A program made the position numbers and the translations under genes. Below the pieces are notes generated by a model. The model did no database searches, was not told where the DNA came from, and saw only the letters and a program-made list of their open reading frames with translations. A DNA stretch of 64,000 nt from an uncultured Planctomycetales bacterium (GTDB lineage Bacteria; Omnitrophota; Gorgyraeia; Zapsychrales; JANLHA01): positions 30,195 to 94,194 of the forward strand of contig CAZQQI010000004.1 in the NCBI GenBank assembly GCA_964595465.1, written 5' to 3'. Below are positions 1 through 15,000 of the stretch, piece by piece; positions within the stretch are counted from its first letter, which is position 1; each line of letters begins with the position of its first letter.

Positions 1-1
1 G

Positions 2-3000
2 ATACTCGGTGCTGTGAGTGCGTTTATACTGAGTCTGATCGGATTCAGCATAGCCATTCGTGCGCCGAATACCTCTATTAAACCGACAATCAAACAAAAT
101 GTGAAGAACCCGGTTCGACGTGTTCTTGGTGAATCCAAGCGTGCGTTTGACCGGGTTTCTTCATTATTCAGCAAAGGAGGAGCAAAATGGTACTTATCAA
201 CACGCACAGAGAATTGGAATTCAAGTACTTCCTGGAAATTCCTCAAAGCCGCTGCACGTTCTGTTCAGGCCGGGATGAAGAAGGGCGCACACGTCTTTAC
301 CTCATCTTCCGTGATCAGGAACGGGTCTATCAGCGCAACGGGATCAAAGGAACCTGGGACGAGATCGCCAGCAGCGCGGAACGCCGGCAGATCCACTCCG
401 TCTACAGCCAAGCGCTCAGCAGTAACCGCGTCCCGCACTTCAAGAGTAACCGGTTCCATTCGATTCTTAATTAGTGCGGCGGTTATTCTCGGCACAGCAG
501 AAACGGCCCAGGCCGCTTCGACCGAAAGCATTGTTTCTGCTGTGCCGGCCTGGATCCTGCCGGCGCTGGGATTCAGTATGATCGTGATGATCAGTGCTGT
601 TTTGATAGGGAAATTGATCAAGACAGCTAAAGAGCACGAAGCACAGCAGAATTATGAAGAAATCACCTCTGATGATCTGATCGAAGAGTGGACAGAACTT
701 GATATTCTTTCAGCGCGGGAATCAGCAGCTCGTGGGTTGGAGGTGGTTGGATTAGGCGCGGCAGCAGAATTGGTCCGCCGGGGTGAAGTGGATGCTGATT
801 ATAACGCTCAGCGCTACGACGCGTATGTCGGCCGGTTAATCGCACAAGCTATGTTTCATGACGAGCATGTACAGGAATGGATGACCGGCAAAAATATTTT
901 AATTAAGTTGACTGGCCGGACACGTTACCGTTTCTACAGCCGGGCGGTGAGAGGCGCGTTTGCTGAACCGGATGATGCCAAGAAAGAATATGGCGAAGAC
1001 CTGAGCGAGATAAAATTAACCGAACGCAGCATTAAAGAAGATATTAGAGAAGCCGCCCGGAAAGCATGGGCGCAGATAACTGGAGAAGGTGCAGGAGGTG
1101 TCGAGCGGTTAACCATACTTAAAGAAAACGCCGCTCAGCGCAGAAAAACTGAAAATATTGCAAAAGGTTTACGCAAACTGAGCAAAGCCGCCGTTTATAT
1201 CATTTTGGCATTGATCGGGCTGGCAGTATTTAACGCGATGACTGCACCGGCTATGGCACAGACAATCTCCGCCGATACGCAGGAAGCATCGCTCAATACG
1301 TCATCAATCTCCAGCGGACAAGCAGCCTCATCCTGGCTGCAACCTGAAAAGCTGCGCCTGCCGTCCAGTGATGATGTCCTGGTCGGACTGAATGTCCGCG
1401 ATTCAGGCTGGGATGATATGCGCATTATGATGGCGCAGGAAAAATCAGGTGAAATTTATGGCGCCCTTAAAAAGTCTGGCCGGCTGCAATTATGGCACGA
1501 GGCCCTGGTGAACCGCCAGGCCGCGTCTTCCGGGGAGGTCGTGATCGGGGTCACCGGACATATTATCGCTCAGGATCCGGTCATTGACGGTCAGCATGTG
1601 GCATTGGGTCAGAAGATCGAGATCGCTAAGGGCATATACGCGCGCGTGTATGCGCCGCAGATGTTCCTGGCCTATGAAAATGAAGAGGATGCGATCGTGG
1701 CGGTTACGGCCGGCGGACGTCATTTCGTGATCCCGGCTGACCTGAGACAAGAGATCGTGGCGAAGCGTTCCGGCAGTGAGACTGATTGGGTTGCCATTCC
1801 ACAGCGGGATGATAAGACCAAACGCGTGATTATCAGAGAGCGTACCATCAGAGAATTGAACGGGCGTCTGCCTAAGCATCGCATTAATGGGCACGACGGT
1901 CTGCGCGGCGGAGCCGTCATGGTCTTGAGCGCCCGGGCCCAACGCCAGGACCGGTTTGCCTTTAATAAACTCTCCGGCCAGCTTCTGCGTGAAGCCGCTA
2001 AGGAGATCGGTACCGGGTATTATGATACCCAACTGCTGAATATGTACCGCACACTCACTTATATGTTCGAACGTGAAGCCGGCTTGACCGAATCTCTGGC
2101 CTACCGTTACTTCGAAGAAGGTGAAGTGATCGGGGCCAGTTATGTTGGAAACGTCGATCGTTTCAAGGCTGACATTCCGTATGACAAGGTCTACAGCCCG
2201 TATTCCGGCCAGGTCACGAAGGTGGAGCGCACAGGGTTCGGTATTCGTATCGAGATCGAGGGGGCGCCCAAGGTAATTACTGGATTAGAGGCGACGATCA
2301 TTAGAGAAGGCGAGATCGTCAAAGCTGGTGAACTGATCGGTCTGGATCGCGACAAAGCGCCGGCAGAGGAACGCTTGGTAAGTATTAAAGAACAGATTGA
2401 AGAAACGCAGGATGAGGCGGCGAAAGTAAATAAGGCCATTGAGCGTGCCGAACGGGATAGAGAGCAGAAGGAAAAGATACTGAAGAGCCTTGAAGATCGT
2501 GAAAAGGCCGGTGAGAGCGCCGTGGCCCAGGCCCGCCGTGAACAGGCGGCACAGATGTCCGGTTGGAGTATCGCGGGCATTAATATTGACCAGTATCAGG
2601 CTGACCCGAAAGTTGTGGCGGAACATCTTAAGATGCTGATTAACGGCACGGTCAGCCCGTATCAGGTGGAAACGGGATTGAAGCTGACCCTGGGTATTTC
2701 CACCAATGGCAATCTGCCGCTGGGCAATATCCCGGGCATGAGCTTTGGCATGAACGGGTTCGGAACCAACATCAGCGGTGCCGGCGCGACGCAGGGCCCG
2801 GCTGATACGCTCAATCTGATGTTCGGTGATGCGCTTTACGAAGGCGGCAATGCTATGGCCGGCAAGGCGCTGGCATGGCTGTATGCCATGAAGTACGCGA
2901 CACAGATCTGGAATTCGATCGCCACTGAGATCCACCATGGTGATGAGCAGCGGGGCATGATCATTATGCCGCATACCAATGAAATGCTGATGCTGCTTCC

Positions 3001-6000
3001 GCTGGATTATACCGAACATCTGGTGGTTCAGCGCGACCTGCAGAAGAAAGACGGTAAGTATGTCTTTACCGAAAAGGATAAAGAATATATCACCCTGAAG
3101 TCGAACTGGACCCGTATTATCGAAGATGTCCTGAGCACTTTGTCACTCAGTCCGCCGGAGAAGACCCTGCTGGAAGAATATATGACCAATCATCCGATCT
3201 ATGTACCGGGCGACCGTGAACGCCTTTTCTGGCTGGAAGGAGTCAATCAGCCGGTTGATTCGGATTATCAATATATCTCAATGCGGGGTATGAGTAAGCA
3301 TCAAATGCGCGAACGTCTGGCCCGGATGCGTAAGGCCCGGAATAATCTACAGACCCGCATCGATGATGCGGCTTTACGTGAAAGTTATCGAAATTTTTAT
3401 AAATCCGCGATCCCGTATCTTGAAAAAATGCTGGCCCAGGCCTCTGCGGACGGATATAAACCGCAGGAATTTTTGCACGGTTACCGTTATAACAAACGGA
3501 CCGGGCAGCTGGAAGAGCGCATGCGGATCCGTATGTTCATTGAAGATGAGAACGGCAAGCCGGTTATTCAGCAGTGGTTGTCTAATGATGATGAGGGTGC
3601 AGCCTACCGTATGCAGCCCGGCACAGCCTTCTTTATTCCGTCTATCGCGCGCGTGACACATAATCTGCCGGAAGTCCAGGCTGGATTGTATGGCAAGGGC
3701 ATGAGTTATGACCCGGCAAAAGGAATTTTCAGCCGTTATGACAATCCTTACAACAATGTCTTTCCGGCCACCCGTCCGGTTTTGAAATTGATGAGCAGCG
3801 GGACCACCTTTGATCTGTTTTCTTCTCTGGCCCAGGCGCGGGCCCTGCCGCAGGCCGTGGGTAAGAATCTTGACGGGTCTTATGCTGAATCTCTATTTAT
3901 CCCGGGTATGGATCTGATCATTGTTTCTTACTGGTTTAATAATGAGATCGTTCCGGAAGGCTCGCAGAATGCCGGTATCAGACCGGCACAGGTTACTGGA
4001 CATTTGATCCCGTTCAAGTTGGCGCAGGGCGGCGGTCAGGGTCAGCCGCGGATTTATGATCAGGCGCCGACATTAGCTTTTACCAGCCGTCTTTCGCAGC
4101 GGGATTGGAGCGTTATCCGCTATCCGGTTGATAAGGATGGCAACCGTATCCCGGTCATGATCCGCACGGTGGATCCGCGCACGGGTGCGGTTTATAAACG
4201 TCCTCTGCCGGAAGGCGTGAAGGTGGTTAAGCGCGCCGGCGACCGCCTGGGTAAAGACCAGTTCGCCTTCTGGGTGGAGCGTCCGCAGAGTATTCCGCGC
4301 GAGATGCATCTGGTGGGTGATGAGGTTCGGTTTATTTCTTCACCGCAGGAATCCGCGATGTATGGAGAGCTGGCGCCGGCACGCACAAAAGAAGACGAAC
4401 GCCGTGTTGTGAAGCTTACCTGGAAGCTTGATGAGAAAATGATCTGGGAGAACATCCTGCATGACAGCGGTGATGACCAACTTAAGCACACTCGCCTGCT
4501 GATCGGCGAAGGGCGCGCGATCGGTTTGGCGGTCCTCGGTGCTAATGCCGAGCCGTTGGATGATAACGAGAGCTACACAGCCGCTGTGAAGCCGGACGGC
4601 ACCATTGTCCGCTATGATGATGCTAACGATCAGCCTGTGACACAGAAGATCGTAATCCCGGTCCTGGAGAAGGCCGATGTGAACGCGCTGGTCACCTTCC
4701 TGCGTAAATATCAGTATCAGCGTATGGATCTGAACACTGTCCGCCGCATGCTGACGGATAAAGATTTTCCGGCTGAATGGAAAGGTGTCTTCCAGATATT
4801 TTCCAATGATGCCCAGAAAGCACTGGATAAGGTTCAAGCAACACAGGCGGCTTTTGAAGCGCAGGTACGCATCAAAGACCGCATTATGCAGATGATCAAA
4901 TCGTCTTATGCCGAAGAAGGCGATCTTATGCGTCAGCGCGCGCAGGCGGTTTTCGGTATCTTTAAAGACATGACCGAGATCGAGGTGGAGATGGTTTCCG
5001 GTATGTTGATGATGAAATACCTCAAGGAGATCGCGATCGAGAATAATATGAGCCTTGATCAGCTGATCGAACAGCTTGAGGAGCGCGGCGACCTGCGAGA
5101 TCAGATCATGAAGCTTCTGCATGACCGGTTTACGCCGACGCATCTTTTCGGGCGCGGGGCCGCGCAGGACAACCAGAGCAAGCTTCGTCAGACAGAAGAA
5201 GGCATTCAGCACTTCCGCAACTTTACTCCGAAGACCAGTACCGCATTCAGCGCATACGAGCTCGGCGGAACGACTGTTGCCGGAAGAACAGTGACTTTTG
5301 ATGAGGCCATCGCGTGGAATAAAGGGCAGATCAACACCTTTAAAGAAGACTATAAAACGGATCTGATAAATTTGATGAACAGTGATGATGCAGATGACAA
5401 CCTGCTGCGTTCACAGGAAGAATTAGCAGAATCTCATGACTGGCTGACCACAGAAAGCATCCAAATGCGTCAAGCCATGTCTGACATCGCCCATCAGCAG
5501 AATATTTACGGAGGCTATGTCAAGGCCGCTGATTTTATCGGACAGTGGTATGACAATGCGGCCTATTGGCAGGGCGCTTATGATATCAGTGATTTTCATG
5601 TCCGTCAGGAACAGTGGACCTGGAAGAATGGCGAGCTCATTAAACATCGTCCCTGGTATCATGAACATCAATTAGAAGATATTGACCGCTGGATCGCTGG
5701 ATATAAGCGCAACATTTCTCTCCTGCAGATCGCCGATACAACACGGGTCGAGAGTTTTGAAGGGCTCTGGATCCGTCCGATCCAGAGCAAGACCGTTTAT
5801 ACGGTAAGTGACGCGCAGAAAGAGGCGGACCGCTTGCGCGAGGAAGTTCGCTCCCTGCCGTTTGCATTTAAGGATATACAGAATATCACGGATGAAGCCC
5901 GCGCGGTCTATCAGAAATATACTGATCAGGTTCTGCCGCTGCAGAAGGCCTACGCGGATCTGCTGGCGAAAGACGCGGCCGCGGACGCGTTATTCCAGGG

Positions 6001-9000
6001 CAACAATCCGAATAAAGAGACAGTGGAAGACATCCGCGCGCGTAAGTTGAAACTCTTCCAGGCAGAAAAGGCTTGGCGTGAGGCGCGTCAGACTGTTCTG
6101 GCAGAGCTGGATCAGGTTGGGCAGGGTTATTATCTGGATGAACGCACACGCCGCATTCTGGACTTTGAGCGTGAATTGGCGCTGACTGCTGCCAAAAATT
6201 TCTTTGACCGCCGCGGTCTTGGCGCTAACCCGCACGGTGCTATGTTAGAGAACATGAAGAAGTTCGCCAGTTATAACTGGCCGCTGCGTGACATTGCTAA
6301 TCGCATTTCTGATCTGCGCCGGGCGTCCGACAATGCTGAGAAAGATATTGCGCGTGCGCATCAGGCAGTTGTTCACGCTCAGCAGCAGTTCGATGATTTG
6401 GTGACTAATTTTGGCCGTTCATTCATCGACCATTTGGACGAGCATTACGAAGGCGTGGTCCTCTCCCAGAAAGACCGTAATTATATTGCTTATCAGCTGG
6501 CCCGGATGCAGCGCGGACCTCCGCGGATCAAATATATGAATGGTCAATTGTACTTAGACGGCCGTCGTGTTGACGCGGCCGGCACGATCAGTCAGGGTCG
6601 ATTTACCGAGATCTCTTCTTCTGATTTTCGCAACGGCGAGATGTCCGCGCATATGACCGCCTGGATGGATCCGGAACACGGCCGCAATGTCTATATTATG
6701 AATGCTCAGCCGAATGCCGAGGGCATGGGCGGACATCAGCTGATGCTGCTTGAGGTTAATCTGACGCCGGAAGAAGCCAGGAATTTTACACATCATTTCG
6801 CGATCGGAGGCGGGCAGTGGTCCCGCACCGAACAGCAGGGTGCGTTTGACGAAGAGGGCGAGACCGTGACTGAACGGTACGCCTTGATCCTGGATACATT
6901 AGCGTGGCGCAATGATAAATTTTCTTTGAATGTGGTCGGGTTCGGTAAGATCTCAGCATCAAAGAACGGTACACATGTCGGTGGTCTTCAGGGTACGCTA
7001 GAATACAAGATCAACGAAAAGGCGCGTTTGATCGTGGAAGGCGGATTCGCGGCATCTAGCCGAAAAGAGACCTATAGTGTTTTCGATCCTGCCACACAGG
7101 CCTATAAGCCGTGGACCCTGCGCGGGAGCGATAACTATAATTATCAGAAGATCACACTGGATCATGTCCTGACCGAAAAAGGCGGTCTGCGCGGTCAGAT
7201 CTCGCTCATGCGTGTGCAGGAAGGCAGCTTTGCCCGTAAGATCAAGGGAAACACCAGTATCTTCCCGTCTATGGGGCTTACCTATAGTCCGAAAGACGCA
7301 GCCAAGCGTCAGGCCGAGGCTAAGTTGGCTGAGCTTAAAGAAGACGGTGTGACCGATCCGTTTGAATTGCAGGCAGCGTATCAGAAGACCTATAATGAGA
7401 CCCTGGCGCAGTTTAAACTCCCGGTTGAGGTCGCTTTTGAACAGGCCCTTGGGTTCAACATGACTAACATTGAGGCGCGTTACAAGAATGTCTGGATGCG
7501 GGCGCGTCACCTGGACGGCACCTGGACTTATGGCGCGGGCGCGCGGATCATCGACCGTGAGCAGGTCAAGATGGATGTCAGTGTGTCGGTTGACGCTCTC
7601 GGCACACCTGTGGTGAATCTGGCGACATCCGCCCAGCCTTTTGACGGTGTCGAATTCAGCGCTTCGTTGGGCAATAAAGATCCGCTGGTCAGCGCCACGA
7701 TCGATATCTTTAAACTGGCTAAAGTATTGGCAGTGAATGAAGAGACCGAAGCGGCTGCGGCCGTGACCCTGAGAGATCTCTCCCGGACTCAGATCATGGT
7801 GGGTCTGGATCTGGCCGGTGTGGTCGATGCTGACGCGCGACAGATCGTCAATATTATTATGCAGATCCGCAGCGACAAAGACTTCATGAAGACCAATCCG
7901 GGTTTTGATCAGATCCTGGCCCATGAGAAATTCAAATCTCATCAAGACCTGAAGAACATCCTAGATAAACGCATGGTTGTCAGCAAGCTTGCTTGGACTA
8001 AGACCGTTACGGAAGAATTCGTTGCTTATGAAAAAGCGGATATTGATCCTTTCCTGGCCCTGGCCCTTGCACCTCAGCCGTTCGATCAGCCCAAGCCGTA
8101 TGATGTCAATGTTTACCTGAATGAGAACTTGTGGCAGACCAGATATGCTGTTCTTGAGACGGACGCCGGGGATCTCAATACGAGCGTTGTCGGGCTCAGG
8201 AAGCGCATCGCTCATGAATTAAAGATCGCGAACAATAAAGATTATTTCGGCTATGCCCGCTTGCTCGGCCGCTTGAGCCAGGGGCTGACGATGGAAGAAT
8301 ACAGCGTGGCTGTGACGGTCGAGAAGGCGTATGAAGAATACAACGAGAACGGCATGATCCGGTTCGCTCCGGGCAGCGGGTATTACTTCCGTATGCCGTA
8401 CCGTGGTGAGATTATCGAGATCCCGATGGGTGACGGGAAAGGCCTGGTCATCGTTCCTGAGTTAGCTGAAAAATATAATCTGCGTGAAGAATTGCGTAGC
8501 CCGTATCCGATCCCGGTCGAAGCGAAGCTGAATATGCTTAGATTGATCGAACAGGCTTACGAGGGGGATGGGTACTATGTGGTGCCGGGCGAAGGGCTTT
8601 ATCAGATTACCGACAATCAGCTTGATCTGCACCCGGATGCCACAGACATTCCGGCTGAGGCGATCATCGTCCGCAGTGAACAGGGCATTGCAGCAACGGC
8701 AAACCATTTTGCTCTGATCGTACCCAACAGCCAGGGAGAATGGGTCAAGATTTTTGCAACGGAGGCCGAGATGGTCAACTTGCTGAATGACAGGACCTAT
8801 GGATTAGATTATTACCTGTTGACAGAAAAGGACCAAGACGGTGAACCTATTCGCATGCTGGCTGTCCCGGCTGAGGAAGGCATGTCCGGTGCCAAAGAAA
8901 CCATTGACGGCCGCTGGGTGATCGGTGTCGGATATATGAACAGAGAATTGAACGACCGCCTGGATAGCGAGACTGAAGAATTCAACGCCGGGACACTGGA

Positions 9001-12000
9001 GAAGGATGGCGAACCGGTGGTCATGCGCCTGAACCGTCCGAATGTCACGGCAGACACCTTAGCAACATCGCTGACCCGTGAAGAAGCCGAGCAAATGATT
9101 ATAGATAACATGGCGACTGAAGAGTCAGAGCTGAACGCGCCGCACTTTGTCCTGCGTCATCTGAAGGACAACCTTATGGATGCCTTCCCTTATTATCAGG
9201 ATATCGATGGTGACCAGGAATATGATCCGCAAACCGATGCATTCAGCAAGGGTGACCCGCGTTTCTATGAATCCCAGCCGAATGAATCTTCGCGCGGTGA
9301 CCAGTGGCAGCCGCTGAAGACCTTCGGTATCTATGATCCGCAGACCGATACATTTTACACCTTTGATTTTGCCGGCGAAGACGGGCGTATCGGATACGCT
9401 GCGATGTCTGATATCTTAGCGCCGTATTCGTCTGTTGTCGTGAATGAAGCCGGTCAATCCGTTTATAAAACCACGGAAGGGCTGGACGCGCTTATAAGCG
9501 AAAACATCCTGAGATGGGCTAAAGAGACAGAGGGCGGGCGCACGCGTTATATCTTAGAAAGCCCCTATTCACCGGTTGGGTTATCGCGTGACTTGCGCGA
9601 TCAGTTCGAAAACATTCTTGAGCAGGGTCATTGGCTGGTCCTTAAAGAAGACACCGTTATTCCGTCCAGCGTGGATCCGCAGAAATTGATTGCGGTGACC
9701 TCTAGATTCGAAGCGCTGCTGGAAGGTTCCCTTGAGGATAAAATTGAAATCGTCCGAATGGATGCGGACGGATATGTGACAGCCCATGTCTACCTTGATT
9801 ACAATCCTCAGAAATCACGGATCGGAGTTGTCGATAGCGCCGTTGAGCGTATCTACAACTTGGCGGATTATATCGAATCCCCGGCCGATGTGCAACCTGT
9901 CGCTGATGCGACGACGTTGGATGAGCTGACCTATAGCGACATGAGCGATGTTCCGGAATTGACCCTTCAGCGTTTCCACAAGATTATGGATGCTGTACAG
10001 CGGTTGGGTGAGGATCTGAAATACGTTAAGATCCGTGATCTGGATGTGACGCGCTATTTTGATGGACCGTATTATACGATTGAAGTCTTTGAAGAAGGCG
10101 CCAGCGATCCGATCGTCAGTATTCGCCCGCTGCAGGAAGAGATCGTTTGGTTTGACGCCGAGGGGAACGAACGCTACACCACTGATCTGTACGGCGAAGA
10201 GGGCGTCCGGGTCAAAATTGGGGATCGCTTCGAAGAGAATGTCACCGGCGTCTTCGAATTTCATGAAGACGAAGACACCGGGTTATACGTTAGTTTGCGT
10301 GAGACAGAAGAAAATCCATCGTACACGACCATGAAACGTACCCATACTAATGGTGCCATACAGCGAGAAGAGGTTGCCACTGTAAAGAGAAATGACGTGA
10401 TCAATATCCTCAACACCGGTCAATCGTTACAGAACATCGCTGAGGGAGCGGACTTCACCTATGCCGATGATTATGTTTACGACAATGAGCATAAATTGGC
10501 CGAACGCCGTATTGGCGTTCATGATCAACACGCATGGACCATCTATCCGCAGGTTCAGGATGGGCCGGTTGAAGGTATTACGGAAAAACTGCTGGCCTTA
10601 AGCGATGTCGGTCAGAGCTGGGGTCAATTTAATATTACTTCTGATATGGAATGGGAGATCGCCAAAACCGTACGGGTTTTCGGCAACAATTACAAAGTTG
10701 AGACCTATGACTACCGTATTCCTAATGATCCTTTAGAGCGAATCTTTTTAACGATTAGGATGGAGAATGGTCAGCTGATCGAAATGATTGCCGGATTGGC
10801 ATTTGATCAGCGTACCGGGGATCAGATCCGTTCATCTGTCCTGGAGATGAACTACGACGAAAAAGCCCAATTTGATTATCTTGAAGAAGATGAACGGGAG
10901 CAGTTGGATATTATTGACAACGCTGGACAGCTGTTTGATGCAGAAAAGATCGAGACCCTTATGGGCGCGATGGCCAGACGGTTCCCGGAAGCCGTCAAGA
11001 TTGATCGTGCAGGACGCCTGACCCGGTTCTTTGATATTATCGGGCAGGAAGATGAGATCCTGCCGGAAGACTATCCGCAGATCTTCTGGGGATTCATGCG
11101 CCGCATGGGAATTACCCCGGACACAGAATTTACGGTCTTGCGTGAGCGGGCCCGCCTCTGGACCGGTGATGGATATTCTGATCAGTATTTCGCCCGGCCG
11201 AAATTGCATTACCTGATCCCCAATGACAGCCGCGGGCGGGATGCTGTGGTGGTCTATCCCAACGGCGATATGACCCTGAACTTGTGGTGGCTGGAGGGTG
11301 AAGAAAATGTCCATGTTATAAACGGCGGTCCGCGTTATTACGATATGCCGACCGGGGTTCTTCCGGGTATGATCACGATCGATGCAGACAATGAGCTGAA
11401 GCAGGTCGGCATATACCGTGCTCCGGCTCAGGGTGAAGCTGAATTCGATATTACCTTATATGAGCGCGAGAATGGCCGTCCGCTGGAAGGCGCTGACCCG
11501 ATTGTGGATGTCCATGCTGGCGGCGGACAGATGTTCCAGACAGCGTTTTATAATGAAGACGGCTCCAAGGATGTGTTCATCGGTCATGAATATGAGATTA
11601 TGGACGCGGAATTCAAACGCAGCGCCATCTATACGGCCGGTGGTCAGCTTCTGGCTGAGAAGTATTCCCATGTCACGGTTCAGATCGTCAAAGAGCTGTT
11701 GGGTGTTGGAACCAATGGGGAAGAAACGATTGTCTTTGATCCGCGCCAACCATACCGCTATCCGATCCAGGCTTACATGAGGAATGCCGAAGGAGAGAAT
11801 CTTGCGGACGGCACCATCGTTAAGACCTTTGTTCACCAGGACAGCATGATGGATTTTAGCGCTGATCCTATAAAAGCCGATGTGGGTGCTCAGAAGAGTG
11901 AATTTGTGGTTTATGAATCTGAGGGCGTGGCGCCGCAAACAATCAATGCTCAAAAGTATACCTATATTGATGACGAGCTTCAGGAAAAGACCCGCTGGCA

Positions 12001-15000
12001 GCTGGGTAAGGATTATTTAGAAGCATTGCCGTGGAAGACGGCGATCTTCCTGCTGATGCTGTATCTGGCTATCAATTTCGGCTTCGGCAAGATCATTGAA
12101 ATTTTCAAGACAGCAGGACGAAAAACCGGTTTCGGATTGTCTCGTCTGATAGCTGTCTTTGGACGGAAACATAAAAAGGAACGTGCTGACTCAGCAGATG
12201 AGGGTCAGGAAAGAATTGAAGATATGGTTAAAGAGATGGAAGCCTTCATCGATGCTCTTCCGGCATACGGATTTCAAGCGGGTTCAGCTGAAAAGACAAA
12301 AGAGAATCTCAAAGACGAACTGCGCAGCCTATTGAAGGCCGGGGTCAGCAAAGAAGATATCGTGAAAAATCAGTTTAGATTGTTTGTTAAAGTGTGGTTT
12401 GTGCCGGTCATGGCCCGCAAAGCCTGGATGGGAGAATATCAGCAGAGCGATATATCGGATCGCGGGTTATGGGTAAGGGTCAAACGCTTCTTGCGCATTG
12501 ACCGAAAGGTCAAAAAATATGCCCTGGGTCATAATTATGAAGAAGTCGAAGAACGGGCCAATGAGATCCTTTCTAAGGTGGGCTATCAGCTCGAGAATGG
12601 CAAGGCAAACATGGTCTATGACAAGACGCAGTGGAAAGAATATATCCGTCACATGTATATTTACGATATGGTCAACCGCTCCAGCGGAAGACTCTCGAAT
12701 GTAACCATGACCGACGCGTACTTCTTTTATCGCGCCCTGCAGAGTATGGGCCATGATCCGCTGTTCGGTAGAAAGCTGGAAGAGCGTCACTTGGATCTGT
12801 GGGATAAGGTTGTCCTGGCACACAATAAAGCGATCAAAGCTCACACCAAGCACGGGGCTGCACATCATGATGATATCAGCGGCTATTTCCGCACGCCGGG
12901 ATATATCCGTTGGTATGAACAGCAGGATGAGACCGGATTGACCGGACGTGATCGTGTGGAAATCGAGCTCATGAAAGCCGATCTGTTGGAGCAGACCCTT
13001 AAAGCCAACGAAGTTCTGCCTAAGTTGTATTCTGATGTTAAGACCACGATGTATGGATTTGCCGGCTGGATCCGCATCCTGCGGAATTTTAACCGTCCGA
13101 TCAGCGCCATCATCAGTGTCGTGATCCTCTCATCATATGGGATGATGTTTACCTATCAGCCGAGTCTGCTGGGAGCCTTAGGAACAAGCAACATCGCCTG
13201 GCCGGCGTTGATCGCCTGGCTGCCGTGGGCCGCATTGGCTTTTGCGGTTTTACTGGGTGTTAACATTGTAATCCGATTGTTGGATGAGCACTTTAAGGCC
13301 CGCAACACTCTGGAGGATTTCGGTTATGGGGAAAGCGTGGCAGAGTCGGCTTATGATGACAAGGCGCCGAAGGGCACGCGCGGCCGCAAAATACGGGCTA
13401 CGATATCGACAATAGTGGTCCTGGCATCCAAATTGATATTTAACCTCTATATTATGAAATGGATTGGCGGTGCTCTGCTCATCATCGGGACCAGCACGTG
13501 GTCAGTTCCGTTTGCAACGTTTATTATTGTGGGAATTCCGTTCGCGGTGCTCTTTGCATTCAGCTCGTGGGAGTGGTCGAACCGCACAACGGCAGAAAGG
13601 GTCCGCACAGCCTTGGCAAAAACGATCGGGCTGAGCGGAACTCTGCTTATTGCAGCGGCTTATTTCTTCGGATTCCACAGCTGGGTCGGGTTGTTATTAG
13701 CGGTTCCGTTTGTGGCCATGATGAGCGTCATCCTGTTATTAGACGCGTATGCATACTGGTACCTTTGGGAAGGGAAGCTGGGCAACTGGATCGCCAAGTG
13801 GACAGGGGCGTACCGTGTCAGCGCCTGGAACATATCTGCTCCGCATCGCCTGCTACGCAATACAATGACCGCTGGTGTGGTGCTGTTATTCATGTTCATG
13901 GATCCGACAGGGACGCTTAGTGCGCTGGCCTTCGGTCATGGCATCTTATGGACGGCTGGATTATCGGCCATACTGATTGCTGGTATTTCCGTGCTGAACG
14001 TTATATTCTTCCGGTTCGGCATCGCCAAGATCGGCGGGGATTCGGCCGCTGATGTCTTCCCGCGGGCGATGGAACGGTTTGCTGTGCAGAACCTGCCTGC
14101 GACACCAGAATTGACAGCACTGGAGAAAGATCCGAAAAAACAGGTTGAGATTAATGGAATCGTCTTCCCGAGCCGCGAACATGCCGTGGCAACTGCCAAG
14201 GCCTGGAACAGCTTTATTGATCAGTATGTGACCGATGACCTTTCTACTGATGGAGATGATAAAGACAAGCAAGGCGAAGCCGATAAGCTGAAATTCAAAA
14301 TTGAAGGGATCGATGACGCAGATTTCTTTGCCGGTGAGGTTGTAGCAGCGCCGAATCTGCGCAAGGTCACTCCGGAAGTTAAACGTATCCGTTACCGCAT
14401 CCAGTTTTTCCTGGGCACCCTGCTCATGGATATGGAGCGCACACCGGTATGGGATCAGATGCAGATGCTTTCAACTGCCCTGCCGCATTTTGATGAGGTC
14501 TTGATCTATCCGTTCTCCATTAAGACCCGCGCGGATTATGACGGGATTAATTCCCCCTACCGTACCGGAGAAACTTTGCTGACCTACTTTATCAAGCGGC
14601 ATGGAGCCGAATGGCATAATTTTAAGACACGTATGAGAGAAAAATATGGCTCTGATCATCCGGATGTTAAAAGGTTAGATGAGTTTGATTATCAAAATGG
14701 AGAAATCCTCGGAACATATGACAGCCGTGATCAAGACTATCATCTGGAAAGTGAAGAGCTGGAACGCGAGGTCAGTCTGTGGGTTTCTTACCGTTATCAG
14801 CCGCTGTCTCGTAGCGTGCGCGGGATTATGCATCATCAGAAGATGTATGCGTTCTACGCTCGGGTAAATAATCCGAAGCTGAGTCAGGAAGAAGCTATGC
14901 AGAAGGCTCTGGAGAAATATGAATTCCTTCTTGGATTCCAGAAATATGGCGACTTTTTACCCAATTATGAAAAATATCTTGAAGCAATGGAAGATTGGAG

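Noticed and set aside
181-190. Programmed -1 frameshift at A_AAA next to the SD, which would move the giant frame into the 187..474 frame.
   Set aside because: The SD-to-site spacing is too short for dnaX-type stimulation, there is no canonical X_XXY_YYZ heptamer, and the paralogous site at 46555..46563 has no slippery sequence. I kept only the nested-ORF interpretation as a finding.
3363-3656. Other + strand ORFs in frames 0 and 1 from the track (for example 3363..3656, 5808..6050, 13459..13920, 31894..32259, 52908..53303).
   Set aside because: They have no RBS and junk-like Arg/Cys-rich translations that overlap well-formed giant-frame protein, so they are off-frame artefacts.
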